From contig JBBSVN010000010.1 of assembly GCA_038046765.1 (NCBI GenBank), positions 22,172-86,171 on the forward strand: a stretch of 64,000 nt of DNA, read 5' to 3'. This document shows, piece after piece, positions 9,679 through 19,057 of this stretch. The translations under genes were made by a program, and so were the position numbers. The notes under the pieces are model-generated. The model was not told the origin of the DNA. It searched no databases and saw nothing but the letters and a program-made list of their open reading frames with translations. Every line of letters begins with the position of its first letter. The stretch's first letter is position 1. The DNA is from Candidatus Micrarchaeota archaeon (lineage in GTDB: Archaea > Micrarchaeota > Micrarchaeia > Anstonellales > Bilamarchaeaceae).

Positions 9679-10035
9679 CTATAAAACCTTTGCTAATTTT
9701 GAAAGATAATTTTTTGCAAAAACTAATGCAGATTTACCCTTTTCGCTAAGTATGTAATATTTTCTTCTTTCTTCGAAAGCTGATTCTATAAGTTTCTCTT
9801 CTTCAAGTTTATATAAGACTACATATATCATTATTTTATTTGGTTTAAATGAAAATTTTTCTTCAATTTCACTATCAAGTGCATAAGCATATGCCTTTTT
9901 TCTGGCTTTTATTATTGAAAGTATTGCAAGCCATATGTTACCGTAGCTAAGTGAGTGAACAAGTCTTCTGATTGTTTTTAAGTCATACTCTTTTTCAAGT
10001 TTTATTTCATTTGTGCCCTTACCTTTGATTCGCAT
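9679..10035 (-). CDS. PadR-family transcriptional regulator
   Basis: YAY.L...I....F.P..I.IYVVLYKLE...LI....RRKYY.LSEKG. Confidence 0.85.
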   Translation of the reverse strand: MRIKGKGTNEIKLEKEYDLKTIRRLVHSLSYGNIWLAILSIIKARKKAYAYALDSEIEEKFSFKPNKIMIYVVLYKLEEEKLIESAFEERRKYYILSEKGKSALVFAKNYLSKLAKVL

Positions 10036-10096
10036 GCAATTCTTATTGGTGTTAAATTTAAAAAGCTGCTATGGTATAGATTTCCATTCGGTATAG

Positions 10097-11326
10097 TTGA
10101 AGGTAAATTCAATGACTTTAAAATTATTTTTAGTTCTATCTGTTTTAGCTATTTTCTCCACCTTGTCTTTTGCAACTATTAATCTTGATGATTTTTTCTT
10201 TAGTTTGCCACTTATAATAATTATCGTTGTCATATCTTTTGCTCTTCTATATATGCTAAGCCAGATGATTAATTCTCCTGCATTAAATGCTTGGGTAAAA
10301 ACAGAAATCAGGGAACTTATAATTGGTGCGATACTTTTTGGGATCGTATATGTCCTCTTTTTTAGTCCAAGTGTGCTAGGAACCGGAAAGGATATTTTTG
10401 GTATAATTATTGGTAAACCAAATTACGGTTCTGATGCTTCAGCATTTCTTTCTACAATGATTAATACTTATGCAAAGCAAGCATACATTGACGATCTTAA
10501 GGCATCTTATTTGATTGGTTTACAGTCTGCTTATTCAACATCGCTCGCAGCGAGTTTGTTTATAATTGGGTTTAACACCGGAGGAACTCCTTACTCTGGT
10601 TACAGCGCATTTTCAACATTCTTAAGTCAGGCAACATACGGTCTTACAAATGTAATTTTCATTTATTCTGCTTTAGCCGTTTTACTGGATTTCTTCCTAT
10701 TTTCAATCCCAAAACTAATTTTTGTAGCATTTGCATTTAGGTTCATTCCATTTACGCGGCAGATGGGAAATACGCTAATCGCGATTATGCTTGCTGCTTA
10801 TGTAGTTTTCCCATTCTCAATATTACTAGTCCAGGAACTTCATACATTAATAAGCCCATTTCCAACTCCAACAATTACGCGATTTAATGAGTTTGAATTT
10901 GGCCTTCCAGCAGGAATGAGTTTTGTTTGCAGTAAAACCACCGGAATTCCAATACGATTTATGCTTGCATTTTTTGGTGAAATCGGTTTCTCACTAGGCC
11001 CGTGTATTATTGTAGGTATCGCAACACTTGGTTATGGTTTTTGGCCATGCTTTTTGAATTTGGCAGACTGGGTTTTTCCGCTTGTAACCTCTATTGCCAG
11101 TCTTTACTTTAATGCTCAGGTTGCGCTCTCGACATTTTCCGTAAGTGATAATTCCGATGTAATATTTGCGATACTAAAACCATTTTTAATGGCAGTTAAT
11201 AATCTGGTTGTAATTACTTATCTTGATCTGATAATCATTTCAACTTTGACTTATATCAGTGCAAAGAGTTTCTCCGCGGCATTAGGAGGGGAATATTTCT
11301 TACCCGCAGTTTCGAGGCTGGTCTAA
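10097..11326 (+). CDS. Polytopic membrane protein, CedA/VirB6-like paralog 1
   Basis: YML..INSPALNAWVKTE; RFIPFTRQMGNTLIA..YVVFP; C-terminal SAALGGE. Confidence 0.6.
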   Translation: MKVNSMTLKLFLVLSVLAIFSTLSFATINLDDFFFSLPLIIIIVVISFALLYMLSQMINSPALNAWVKTEIRELIIGAILFGIVYVLFFSPSVLGTGKDIFGIIIGKPNYGSDASAFLSTMINTYAKQAYIDDLKASYLIGLQSAYSTSLAASLFIIGFNTGGTPYSGYSAFSTFLSQATYGLTNVIFIYSALAVLLDFFLFSIPKLIFVAFAFRFIPFTRQMGNTLIAIMLAAYVVFPFSILLVQELHTLISPFPTPTITRFNEFEFGLPAGMSFVCSKTTGIPIRFMLAFFGEIGFSLGPCIIVGIATLGYGFWPCFLNLADWVFPLVTSIASLYFNAQVALSTFSVSDNSDVIFAILKPFLMAVNNLVVITYLDLIIISTLTYISAKSFSAALGGEYFLPAVSRLV

Positions 11327-12438
11327 TGTCTTGCTTATGTGATTCTGCTTACTTAGAAAAAAATATGATCGCTTCAGCAAGTGACAAATTGCACAACAAA
11401 AAATTCATCTTTTTAATCGCGTTCTTTATATTCTCGATCTTGCCAAATCTGTCTTTTGCAGATGGCTTAACTTCATGCAGTTTAAACTACATTGATATTG
11501 CAAATAGTGGGATGGGCGCTTACATAGGCGTATCATTTATGCTTATGGTCATTTTACTTATTTTAGCATATCTATTTGGTACGATGACACAAAATGCAAA
11601 TCTTCTTGCATTCTACAAAGATGAGCTTTATCATGTATTATTTTCAGCAATACTCTTAGTGTGCATAAGCGGCATATTCTACTTTTCATGCGTTTCACTA
11701 AGTGCGTTTTTAGATTTTACACTTACCCAGCTTGGATCAAGCGCTTGTTATAGCGGTGTCGAAGCCCCTTCTACTGTTGCAAGTTGCTATTTTTCAGGTA
11801 TCGAAGTCAGACTTAGAACATTTGTTTCACAAGGGATAAAACAAAGCCTGCAAAATGAGATGGAATCAACTGTAATGCTTATGATAAATAATCCTATTAC
11901 TGGTTCGACATATATGCCATTAACTGCATACAAAAAAGCATATGCATCTCAATTTGACATGGTTGTAAATAGCTTTGTCATGCCTGCTTTAGTGAGTATT
12001 ACTATGCAAAAAACATTGATCAAAATTTCTTCCGCTCTAGTTCCGTGGCTCGTTGCTATAGCATTTTTTTTAAGGGTGTTTATGCCAACAAGACAAATGG
12101 GAAATATGCTTATTGCAGTTGGTCTTGCGCTTTATATTGTTCTTCCGACAATGTACGCAGTAAACGGTGCGATGGACGAATTGATATTTAAAGATTGCAA
12201 TAGTTATAGGAGTTTAGTGGCGGATGAAGTTATGGGTGGAATTACACGAAGTGTTACTGGAACTGGTCCAAATCAGCAAGTGCAACCAGTTGTTGATGCA
12301 TCAGCATGCACTTCAAACACGAGCTTTTGGATAATCGCGAGCAGCATGCCACAGGCATTTTTCCTGCCAAATTTAACTCTCGCTCTTGTAATTACCTTTA
12401 TCGCAGGTATAAATAAAGCACTAAAAACAATTGGTTGA
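11326..12438 (+). CDS. Polytopic membrane protein, CedA/VirB6-like paralog 2
   Basis: AYLFG...LLAFYKDELYHVLFSAIL; RVFMPTRQMGNMLIA..YIVLP. Confidence 0.6.
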   Translation: MSCLCDSAYLEKNMIASASDKLHNKKFIFLIAFFIFSILPNLSFADGLTSCSLNYIDIANSGMGAYIGVSFMLMVILLILAYLFGTMTQNANLLAFYKDELYHVLFSAILLVCISGIFYFSCVSLSAFLDFTLTQLGSSACYSGVEAPSTVASCYFSGIEVRLRTFVSQGIKQSLQNEMESTVMLMINNPITGSTYMPLTAYKKAYASQFDMVVNSFVMPALVSITMQKTLIKISSALVPWLVAIAFFLRVFMPTRQMGNMLIAVGLALYIVLPTMYAVNGAMDELIFKDCNSYRSLVADEVMGGITRSVTGTGPNQQVQPVVDASACTSNTSFWIIASSMPQAFFLPNLTLALVITFIAGINKALKTIG

Positions 12439-12439
12439 C

Positions 12440-14722
12440 ATGAAAAAAATATTACTACTGTTATTAATTTCATTTGTGCTCTTTGCGAGTTTTACTTATG
12501 CTTTAGCTCCATCCGCAAATGTTGCAGCAGTAGATAGAGCAACTTCCAATTCTTCATTTGATCTGTTAAAAGACTGGCGTGCAATATCTCTAGCTGTAAC
12601 AATGCTTGTAATTGTAATAATCGCAATCGCTTACGCTGTTGGACATGGGTTTGAAATTCCTGAATTAAAAGCATGGGCTGCAACAGAGCTCGCTCAGGCG
12701 GTCGCCACTATATTAATTATTGTTGCATTTGTAGGAGTAATTACTTTTCTTGACGGCATAACCGTTCAGATTATACAAAATTCCAATTTGCCATTTACAT
12801 GTACTAATTCACAAAATTGCGCAGTACTAACCGCAACCAGCTATTTAGATAGTTTAATCGATGTTGCAAATTCACAGGTGCTTGACCGGATAAAAGACAG
12901 CATTACAGCAGGCAGGACTGCCGGGTATAGGGGAGGAATGTATGCGACACAACTTATTTTTCCAATTCCATTATTACAAATATCCGCTTCAGGGTCTGCT
13001 GCAGCAGGTTATGTTTTAGACCTAGAGCGAAATATGCTTCTTATTGAAAACCTTGGAAACCTAATCTCTATTCTTTCATCACAGCGATTTTTTATTTCAC
13101 AGATTTCATACAATGTTGCTCCAGTAATTCTTGTACTTGGTATAATTGCGCGTTCATTCTTTTTTACAAGAAAATTAGGTGGGCTTCTAATTGCGATGGC
13201 AATAGGTATTATGTATGTACTTCCGCTTATGTATGTTGCCAATTGGATTACACTAAATATTACTCTTTTTGGAGATTCTATAATTACACCTGTTGCGCAG
13301 GATTGTCCCTTGTCATGTACTATTCTCCCGCCAAAGTTCTATTCTGGCAATCAGCCAATACAATCCAAAACAAATCTCCTTGGTTTTTATGGGATAACTA
13401 CAAACCCGGCAGTTAATCAAATAAATCCCGCCATTGCTATCGCTACGCAAACTCAGTTAAATCAAATGCAGGATTTAGAAGACGGATATTTGCAAACATT
13501 AACAATTAATGGCCGAACTGCTTATTCATGTGAAGTCGCAGCAGGCGGACCAGTTACACCAAAACAGCCTATTTTTAATGGTGTTGTTACTGGAGGTTTG
13601 CAAGATGTTATATCTGATAATTCTGATAATTCTGATAATTCTGATACTTTTTCCTCTAATAAAAAAGTTGCATTATTTATTCCAGGAGGTTCTGGAACAG
13701 GAGGCAGCGGATCGGGAGGTTCAGGAAACAGCAATCCATGCGGACAATGTCCTTCTAATCAAATTTGTGATAGTTCTGGGTCGCGTCCAGTTTGTGTTCC
13801 AGACCCAACTCCAAGTGGTTCTGGTATCGGTAGTTCTGGTTATTGTCCATACGCATGCAGGGAATTACCTTACCCATACAATCAACAATGTACGGGGGTC
13901 GTAGAAATAAATAATAAAAACCAAACTGCAGCACAGACAAGAACTGCATGCAGCAATTTACCTGTGGTTTGTAAAGTAATCCGTTATGTAAATCCTAAAA
14001 ATCCTTACTTTGATAATGATGGAATTCCAAACACTGCTGATGATTATGTACTTGATCAATATTCTCCAAACTATCAAAGACCTGCTGGTGTTGCAGCAAC
14101 TTCTTTAGTTGTACCAACATGTCCAGTGCAATGCCGAACAACTCCTCCTTTAGCAAATAACTGTATTAATAGTCAATCTGCTTCGATTACATTTAACGGT
14201 CAAACCAGAACTTATAACGGGCAATGTACTTCTGCACAAACCTTCTGTTTGTTTACGGAAAAAGCTAATGGAGTAATTCTAGGAAATGCCCCGACTGCAT
14301 GCAAAACTCCTCAGGCATCACCAGCGCAAATGGCAAATAATTTGGCATGCGTTTCCAGTTTAGTCGCAACACAATCATGTAAATATGTAATCCCTGGAGA
14401 AAGTTTAACTGATAGTGGCATATGCGATAAATGTATTTTTGTTCCTAAAGAATTTACTTTTGATCCGCCTATTTATCAGGACTGTTCAGCAAGGTGCGGT
14501 CAAGGCAATGCCGGTCCTCCATTAATTAATCCAGCAGAATTTTCAAGAAGAACACAGCAGTGGATGGTTGGCAGACCGGAAATTGTTTCAGTTTCAGCGC
14601 TCATGTTCCCAGCTTATGTTTTGCCACTACTCGACATACTTGTAGTTTTAATGTTTATCCGTTCATTTTCATCAATCTTGGGTGGAGATATTGAAATCCC
14701 GGGATTAGCTAAAATATTATAA
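12440..14722 (+). CDS. CedA/VirB6-like paralog 3 with large Cys-rich extracellular insertion
   Basis: AYAVG..FEIPELKAWAATE; RSFFFTRKLGGLLIA..YVLP; SSILGGD; insert of over 400 aa with repeated CPxxC. Confidence 0.6.
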   Translation: MKKILLLLLISFVLFASFTYALAPSANVAAVDRATSNSSFDLLKDWRAISLAVTMLVIVIIAIAYAVGHGFEIPELKAWAATELAQAVATILIIVAFVGVITFLDGITVQIIQNSNLPFTCTNSQNCAVLTATSYLDSLIDVANSQVLDRIKDSITAGRTAGYRGGMYATQLIFPIPLLQISASGSAAAGYVLDLERNMLLIENLGNLISILSSQRFFISQISYNVAPVILVLGIIARSFFFTRKLGGLLIAMAIGIMYVLPLMYVANWITLNITLFGDSIITPVAQDCPLSCTILPPKFYSGNQPIQSKTNLLGFYGITTNPAVNQINPAIAIATQTQLNQMQDLEDGYLQTLTINGRTAYSCEVAAGGPVTPKQPIFNGVVTGGLQDVISDNSDNSDNSDTFSSNKKVALFIPGGSGTGGSGSGGSGNSNPCGQCPSNQICDSSGSRPVCVPDPTPSGSGIGSSGYCPYACRELPYPYNQQCTGVVEINNKNQTAAQTRTACSNLPVVCKVIRYVNPKNPYFDNDGIPNTADDYVLDQYSPNYQRPAGVAATSLVVPTCPVQCRTTPPLANNCINSQSASITFNGQTRTYNGQCTSAQTFCLFTEKANGVILGNAPTACKTPQASPAQMANNLACVSSLVATQSCKYVIPGESLTDSGICDKCIFVPKEFTFDPPIYQDCSARCGQGNAGPPLINPAEFSRRTQQWMVGRPEIVSVSALMFPAYVLPLLDILVVLMFIRSFSSILGGDIEIPGLAKIL
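13613..13648 (+). repeat. In-frame 9-bp tandem repeat (TCTGATAAT x3 + variant) encoding SDN-SDN-SDN-SDT
   Basis: Read directly from the sequence. Confidence 0.9.
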
Positions 14723-14748
14723 TTGATAAATGGTTTATGTGAACCTCT

Positions 14749-15792
14749 ATGAAAAAATTAAATTTATTTGCTTTCATTTTTGCGTTTGTTGCAATGCTCG
14801 CAATATCTACAGTTAGTTTTGCCGCCCCTCCTGCACCAAACCAATTTGACGCAAGCGGTAATTGGGTATCTACTGCTGCAATTGCCTTAATCGCAAGTGC
14901 TGCACTACTCGCCCTTATTTACATGGTCGGGCATGGGTTTGAAATAAACGAACTAAAAATGCTTGCAAACGAGGAGCTTTATCAGCTTGTTGTTACAATC
15001 GTAATCATCGGACTTCTTCTAGGAAGTACGAGTATACTAAATTCATTCTCATCAACATTTGCCCCAAGCGGTGCTACTAATTTTCAGGATGCTGCAATTT
15101 CTGCAGTACGAGCGAATCTTGCTGATCATCAGAGCATATATAATAATCTTAAGTCATTTAGTGTAGAGCTTGGAAAAGAATCTTCAAAAAGTTATTTTTG
15201 CAGTTTGCAAGGTGTAGGATTTTATGTAAGTCCTTGCAGTGCATTTAGCTCAATTTCGCCATCAGTTTCGCTCGCATTTCAAATTTTATCAGCTTCAATA
15301 GCTGAGTTAAATTCCCTTGACACTTTACTTAACTTTGCTAAAACTTATGGTTTTGCTGTTCTGCTTCCATTTGGAATTTTACTTCGGACATTAAAATTTA
15401 CTCGGGGCGCAGGCGGATTATTTTTAGGTCTTGCAGTTTCACTTTACATTGTTCTCCCATTATTAGTTATTTTTATGGATGTCTTACTAAATCCAGCTAC
15501 GGGTTATAATCCAACTGCATTTGGAATTCAGATACGTGCGCTTCCAATTCCGGAGTGCGATGAAACAAGTTTTGGCACGGTAACTGGAGGCATTTCCTAT
15601 GATAATTACGATGCGGCAGTAGGTACATTCCAATCGCTTTTAAACAATGTCAAAACTTACATTTACTATGCCTTAGTTCGTGGGACAATGTTGCTTGTAG
15701 TTTCATTGTTAGGTTTCTTTTCCGCGTTTAGGGCAATTTCAAAAGTAGCAGGAGCTGAAGTTGATATATCCAGTTTGATGAGGATAAGTTAA
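14749..15792 (+). CDS. Polytopic membrane protein, CedA/VirB6-like paralog 4
   Basis: IYMVGHGFEINELKMLANEELYQ; RTLKFTRGAGGLFLG..YIVLP; SKVAGAE. Confidence 0.6.
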   Translation: MKKLNLFAFIFAFVAMLAISTVSFAAPPAPNQFDASGNWVSTAAIALIASAALLALIYMVGHGFEINELKMLANEELYQLVVTIVIIGLLLGSTSILNSFSSTFAPSGATNFQDAAISAVRANLADHQSIYNNLKSFSVELGKESSKSYFCSLQGVGFYVSPCSAFSSISPSVSLAFQILSASIAELNSLDTLLNFAKTYGFAVLLPFGILLRTLKFTRGAGGLFLGLAVSLYIVLPLLVIFMDVLLNPATGYNPTAFGIQIRALPIPECDETSFGTVTGGISYDNYDAAVGTFQSLLNNVKTYIYYALVRGTMLLVVSLLGFFSAFRAISKVAGAEVDISSLMRIS

Positions 15793-15798
15793 TGATTA

Positions 15799-15886
15799 GC
15801 AATGAGCATTGGGCAATGGGCATTGGGCAACGTACAGTTAGTTTCGTAGCCCACAGCTCAAGGCTCAAACGCCCAAGGCTCAAGGC
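15799..15886. repeat. Intergenic inverted heptamer-repeat element
   Basis: AATGAGC ATTGGGC AATGGGC ATTGGGC facing GCCCACA GCTCAAG GCTCAAA GCCCAAG GCTCAAG. Confidence 0.8.
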
Positions 15887-15897
15887 AAAGTGATATT

Positions 15898-17031
15898 ATG
15901 GTATTAGCAAACATCTGTGCGCAAGGCGCTCAAAGTACGGTTGCATCGTTCATCTATCCATTAGTATTATCTGTTTCAGTTTTCGCAGCAATCGTAATCG
16001 GTTTAGCATACATGTTAGGTCAGTCAATAAACAATCCAAAAGTTACACTCTGGGCTAAAACAGAAGCTGTGCAATTGGTCGTTTCTGCAATTGCCGCAGT
16101 AATTATTTTACAATCCGTGGGTGTATTTTGTACAATTGATGCGATGTCAATTTATCAACTTTTTAATGTCCCGCCCCCACAAATTCCGCAGGTAGCTGGC
16201 CAGCCGCAGTCATCTATTTCGATTTATAATGCAGCAGAACTTTATCTTGTTACGGGAGGTTCTTACGTAAAAAGTGTAGCTGATAGCGCGAGGTATCATC
16301 TTGGCGGATATAATATGCTCCAGTCATTTGGAAGAAATCTTTGTCTTGGTAGTACTACTTCACCCGTTTCTGGATTTTTAAACATAATCTTTTGTCTTTA
16401 TGGAAACGGAATAATTGGTGGCGGCAGTAGCAGTGCTGGAATTGGTACTGGCACAAGTATACGTCCTGATTCTGGATACGGGTTTCTTTCAGCGGCAGTT
16501 GGTTTTGCATTTAACTCTGCACTGTTTTCTTACGTTTCTATTTTGAACTATTTATTTATTTTTAAATATATTTTTAGCGGGTTTGTTTTATTCTTTTTGC
16601 CACTAGGTATTTTCTTTAGATCATTTCCATACCTAAGAGGATTTGGTTCATTATTGATGTCTGTTTCAATTGCGTTTCTGTTTGTTTATCCACTGATGCT
16701 TGCGTTCTTTTACATTGATATTGGAGCAACAAATTCGATACTCGCTCCAAAGAATTCTCCAGCTTTATTATACTCATCTGATTCGCCAGGAAAAGTAGGG
16801 ATTGCAGCAGTTACTGGTTTTAAAAATAGCATTTATGATGATGTGTTTGACAAACCCTCTTCAAATAATGGTGAACAAAGTTTCGAAGTTCTTAAGTTAA
16901 CAGGAAATGCATTTTTAGTTGGGGTTTTTATTCCAAGTTTAGCTCTTTTAAGTGCAGCTGCAGCAGTTTCTTATATTAACAGATTCCTAGGTGAAGAAGT
17001 AGATTTAAGTAGGATAGTTCAGATAGTTTAG
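15898..17031 (+). CDS. Polytopic membrane protein, CedA/VirB6-like paralog 5
   Basis: AYMLGQSINNPKVTLWAKTEAVQ; RSFPYLRGFGSLL..FVYP; RFLGEE. Confidence 0.6.
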   Translation: MVLANICAQGAQSTVASFIYPLVLSVSVFAAIVIGLAYMLGQSINNPKVTLWAKTEAVQLVVSAIAAVIILQSVGVFCTIDAMSIYQLFNVPPPQIPQVAGQPQSSISIYNAAELYLVTGGSYVKSVADSARYHLGGYNMLQSFGRNLCLGSTTSPVSGFLNIIFCLYGNGIIGGGSSSAGIGTGTSIRPDSGYGFLSAAVGFAFNSALFSYVSILNYLFIFKYIFSGFVLFFLPLGIFFRSFPYLRGFGSLLMSVSIAFLFVYPLMLAFFYIDIGATNSILAPKNSPALLYSSDSPGKVGIAAVTGFKNSIYDDVFDKPSSNNGEQSFEVLKLTGNAFLVGVFIPSLALLSAAAAVSYINRFLGEEVDLSRIVQIV

Positions 17032-17054
17032 CAATTATAATATGTGATTTATCT

Positions 17055-18125
17055 ATGCCAAATCCAATTTGTTCCGGTTTCATGTGCAATTTCGAACCTT
17101 CTATGCTTGGGGGTTTAGCTCCCGATATGCAATGGTTTGTAATTGCCTTAACTGCCTCAATATTAATTGTAATAATTCACGCAACAATACTCGCATTTTC
17201 ACGTGCGCTTAATATGAATGAACTAGAACGCTATGCAAAATCAGAAATTTTAAATGCGGTTGCCACTTCTTTAATGGTAATATTTTTAGTTTCAACACTT
17301 GGTGCTATGGAGAGTTTTGCACTAAACTCTTTTCTTGGGTGCGGTCCTGGTGGAACTAATTGCCCAACATTAACTTGCGGGGGATCACCAGTACAAATTA
17401 GTGACCTTAAATCATCAGTTGATTTACTTAAGTGCAGACTTAGTGATAAGGCCGCTGGTTTTGCGCAAGTTCAACAACAGATTATACAAACTTCGGTAAG
17501 TGGAAATCCATTTAGTGTTTTTAACAGATTACAATTCTATCTGGGACTAATGGGTGTGCCAATATTTTCCGGACAATACGTTACTGCATGGTTTAAGGAA
17601 GCAGAAACATATCGTTTACTTAATAGTTTTATTACTACATTTTTAATTGGTTCAAATACTTTAATTGTAGCTGCTGAATACGTAAAAAATAACATGCTTT
17701 CATTCTATCTTCCAGTTGGACTGCTACTAAGGGCATTTCCTTATACAAGAGGCATAGGTGCATTCTTTATTGCACTAGCTTTAGGGATGTACTTTGTTTA
17801 TCCTGTTTTATACATAATAACTGATCCTGGGTTTGTAAAACCCAGTTACACTCCTTCACAAGCTCCTCCAGCTAGTGGCCTTTGTTACCCAACATTTAGT
17901 TCAATTAGTTTTGCGGTTTCTTCACAAAATACTCTTTCCCCATCAGGTGGCAGTACTGATTTATCTGCTAGTGCGCTTGCTAGTGATTTATCTCAGGTTT
18001 ACACATCATTATTACTTCAGCCGTTTATTGTATTTGCCATGACAATGGTGTTTGTCAGATACGCAACATACATTTTTGGTGGCGAGCCAGCCGATATTTT
18101 AAGAGCAGTTGCAAAAGTGGTTTAA
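17055..18125 (+). CDS. Polytopic membrane protein, CedA/VirB6-like paralog 6
   Basis: RALNMNELERYAKSE; RAFPYTRGIGAFFIA..YFVYP; IFGGE. Confidence 0.6.
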   Translation: MPNPICSGFMCNFEPSMLGGLAPDMQWFVIALTASILIVIIHATILAFSRALNMNELERYAKSEILNAVATSLMVIFLVSTLGAMESFALNSFLGCGPGGTNCPTLTCGGSPVQISDLKSSVDLLKCRLSDKAAGFAQVQQQIIQTSVSGNPFSVFNRLQFYLGLMGVPIFSGQYVTAWFKEAETYRLLNSFITTFLIGSNTLIVAAEYVKNNMLSFYLPVGLLLRAFPYTRGIGAFFIALALGMYFVYPVLYIITDPGFVKPSYTPSQAPPASGLCYPTFSSISFAVSSQNTLSPSGGSTDLSASALASDLSQVYTSLLLQPFIVFAMTMVFVRYATYIFGGEPADILRAVAKVV

Positions 18126-18178
18126 TATGAAAAAATCAAATAAAAATAATTTGAAGGAAATCAGTTTAAGGTGTTAAA

Positions 18179-19057
18179 ATGCAGAACAATCCTTCACTAT
18201 TAAGTACAGGTAAAATAAAAAACAAAATCTATATGGTAAGAGATAAACAAGTAATGCTTGATTCTGACCTTGCAGAACTTTATAATGTCCCGACTAAAGT
18301 ATTAAATCAAGCGGTTAAGAGAAGCATCCAAAGATTTCCTATAGATTTTATGTTCCAAATATCAAAAAATGAATTTGAAGGTTTGAAGTCACAATTTGTG
18401 ACCTCAAGTTGGGGTGGTAGAAGAAATTTACCATACGCTTTTACAGAACAAGGGGTAGCTATGCTATCTGGAGTTTTGAAAAGTGATACTGCAATAAGGA
18501 TAAGTATTGAAATAATAAACGCATTTATTCGAATGAGAAAATTTATGTTCTCAAATGCCAACATATTTTATAGATTGGACATTGTGGAAAAAAAGCAAAT
18601 AGAACATGATCAAAAATTTGATCAGGTATTTGACGCAATACAAAGTAAAGATATCAAACCTGAAAAAGGAATATTTTTCGATGGACAGATATTTGACGCA
18701 TACAAATTTCTTTCAGATTTAATTAGAACTGCTCAAACATCTTTGGTTCTAGTTGACAATTATATCGATGATTCAGTTTTGACGCTTTTTAGCAAGAGAA
18801 ATAAAAATGTACAAGTTACAATATTTACTAAAGAGATTTCTAAACAATTACATCTTGACTTAACTAAATACAATTCACAGTATCCAATTATTAAAGTAGT
18901 AGAGTTTAATCAGTCTCATGATCGGTTCCTTATAATTGATAATAAAGAAGTTTACCATATCGGTGCTTCACTAAAAGATTTGGGTAAAAAATGGTTTGCA
19001 TTTTCAAAGTTTGACAAAGACGTACTTAATATACTTGATAAGCTGGCGATAAAATGA
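18179..19057 (+). CDS. ORF6N DNA-binding domain protein with C-terminal PLD-like domain
   Basis: QVMLDSDLAELY.V.TK.LNQAVKR..RFP.DFMFQ; PYAFTEQGVAMLS; SHDRFLIID..YHIGASLKD. Confidence 0.88.
   Translation: MQNNPSLLSTGKIKNKIYMVRDKQVMLDSDLAELYNVPTKVLNQAVKRSIQRFPIDFMFQISKNEFEGLKSQFVTSSWGGRRNLPYAFTEQGVAMLSGVLKSDTAIRISIEIINAFIRMRKFMFSNANIFYRLDIVEKKQIEHDQKFDQVFDAIQSKDIKPEKGIFFDGQIFDAYKFLSDLIRTAQTSLVLVDNYIDDSVLTLFSKRNKNVQVTIFTKEISKQLHLDLTKYNSQYPIIKVVEFNQSHDRFLIIDNKEVYHIGASLKDLGKKWFAFSKFDKDVLNILDKLAIK

Noticed and set aside
18127-18177. Short ORF MKKSNKNN... as a remnant start left by the ORF6N insertion
   Set aside because: Only 16 codons, and similarity to the 19054 start is limited to A-rich sequence
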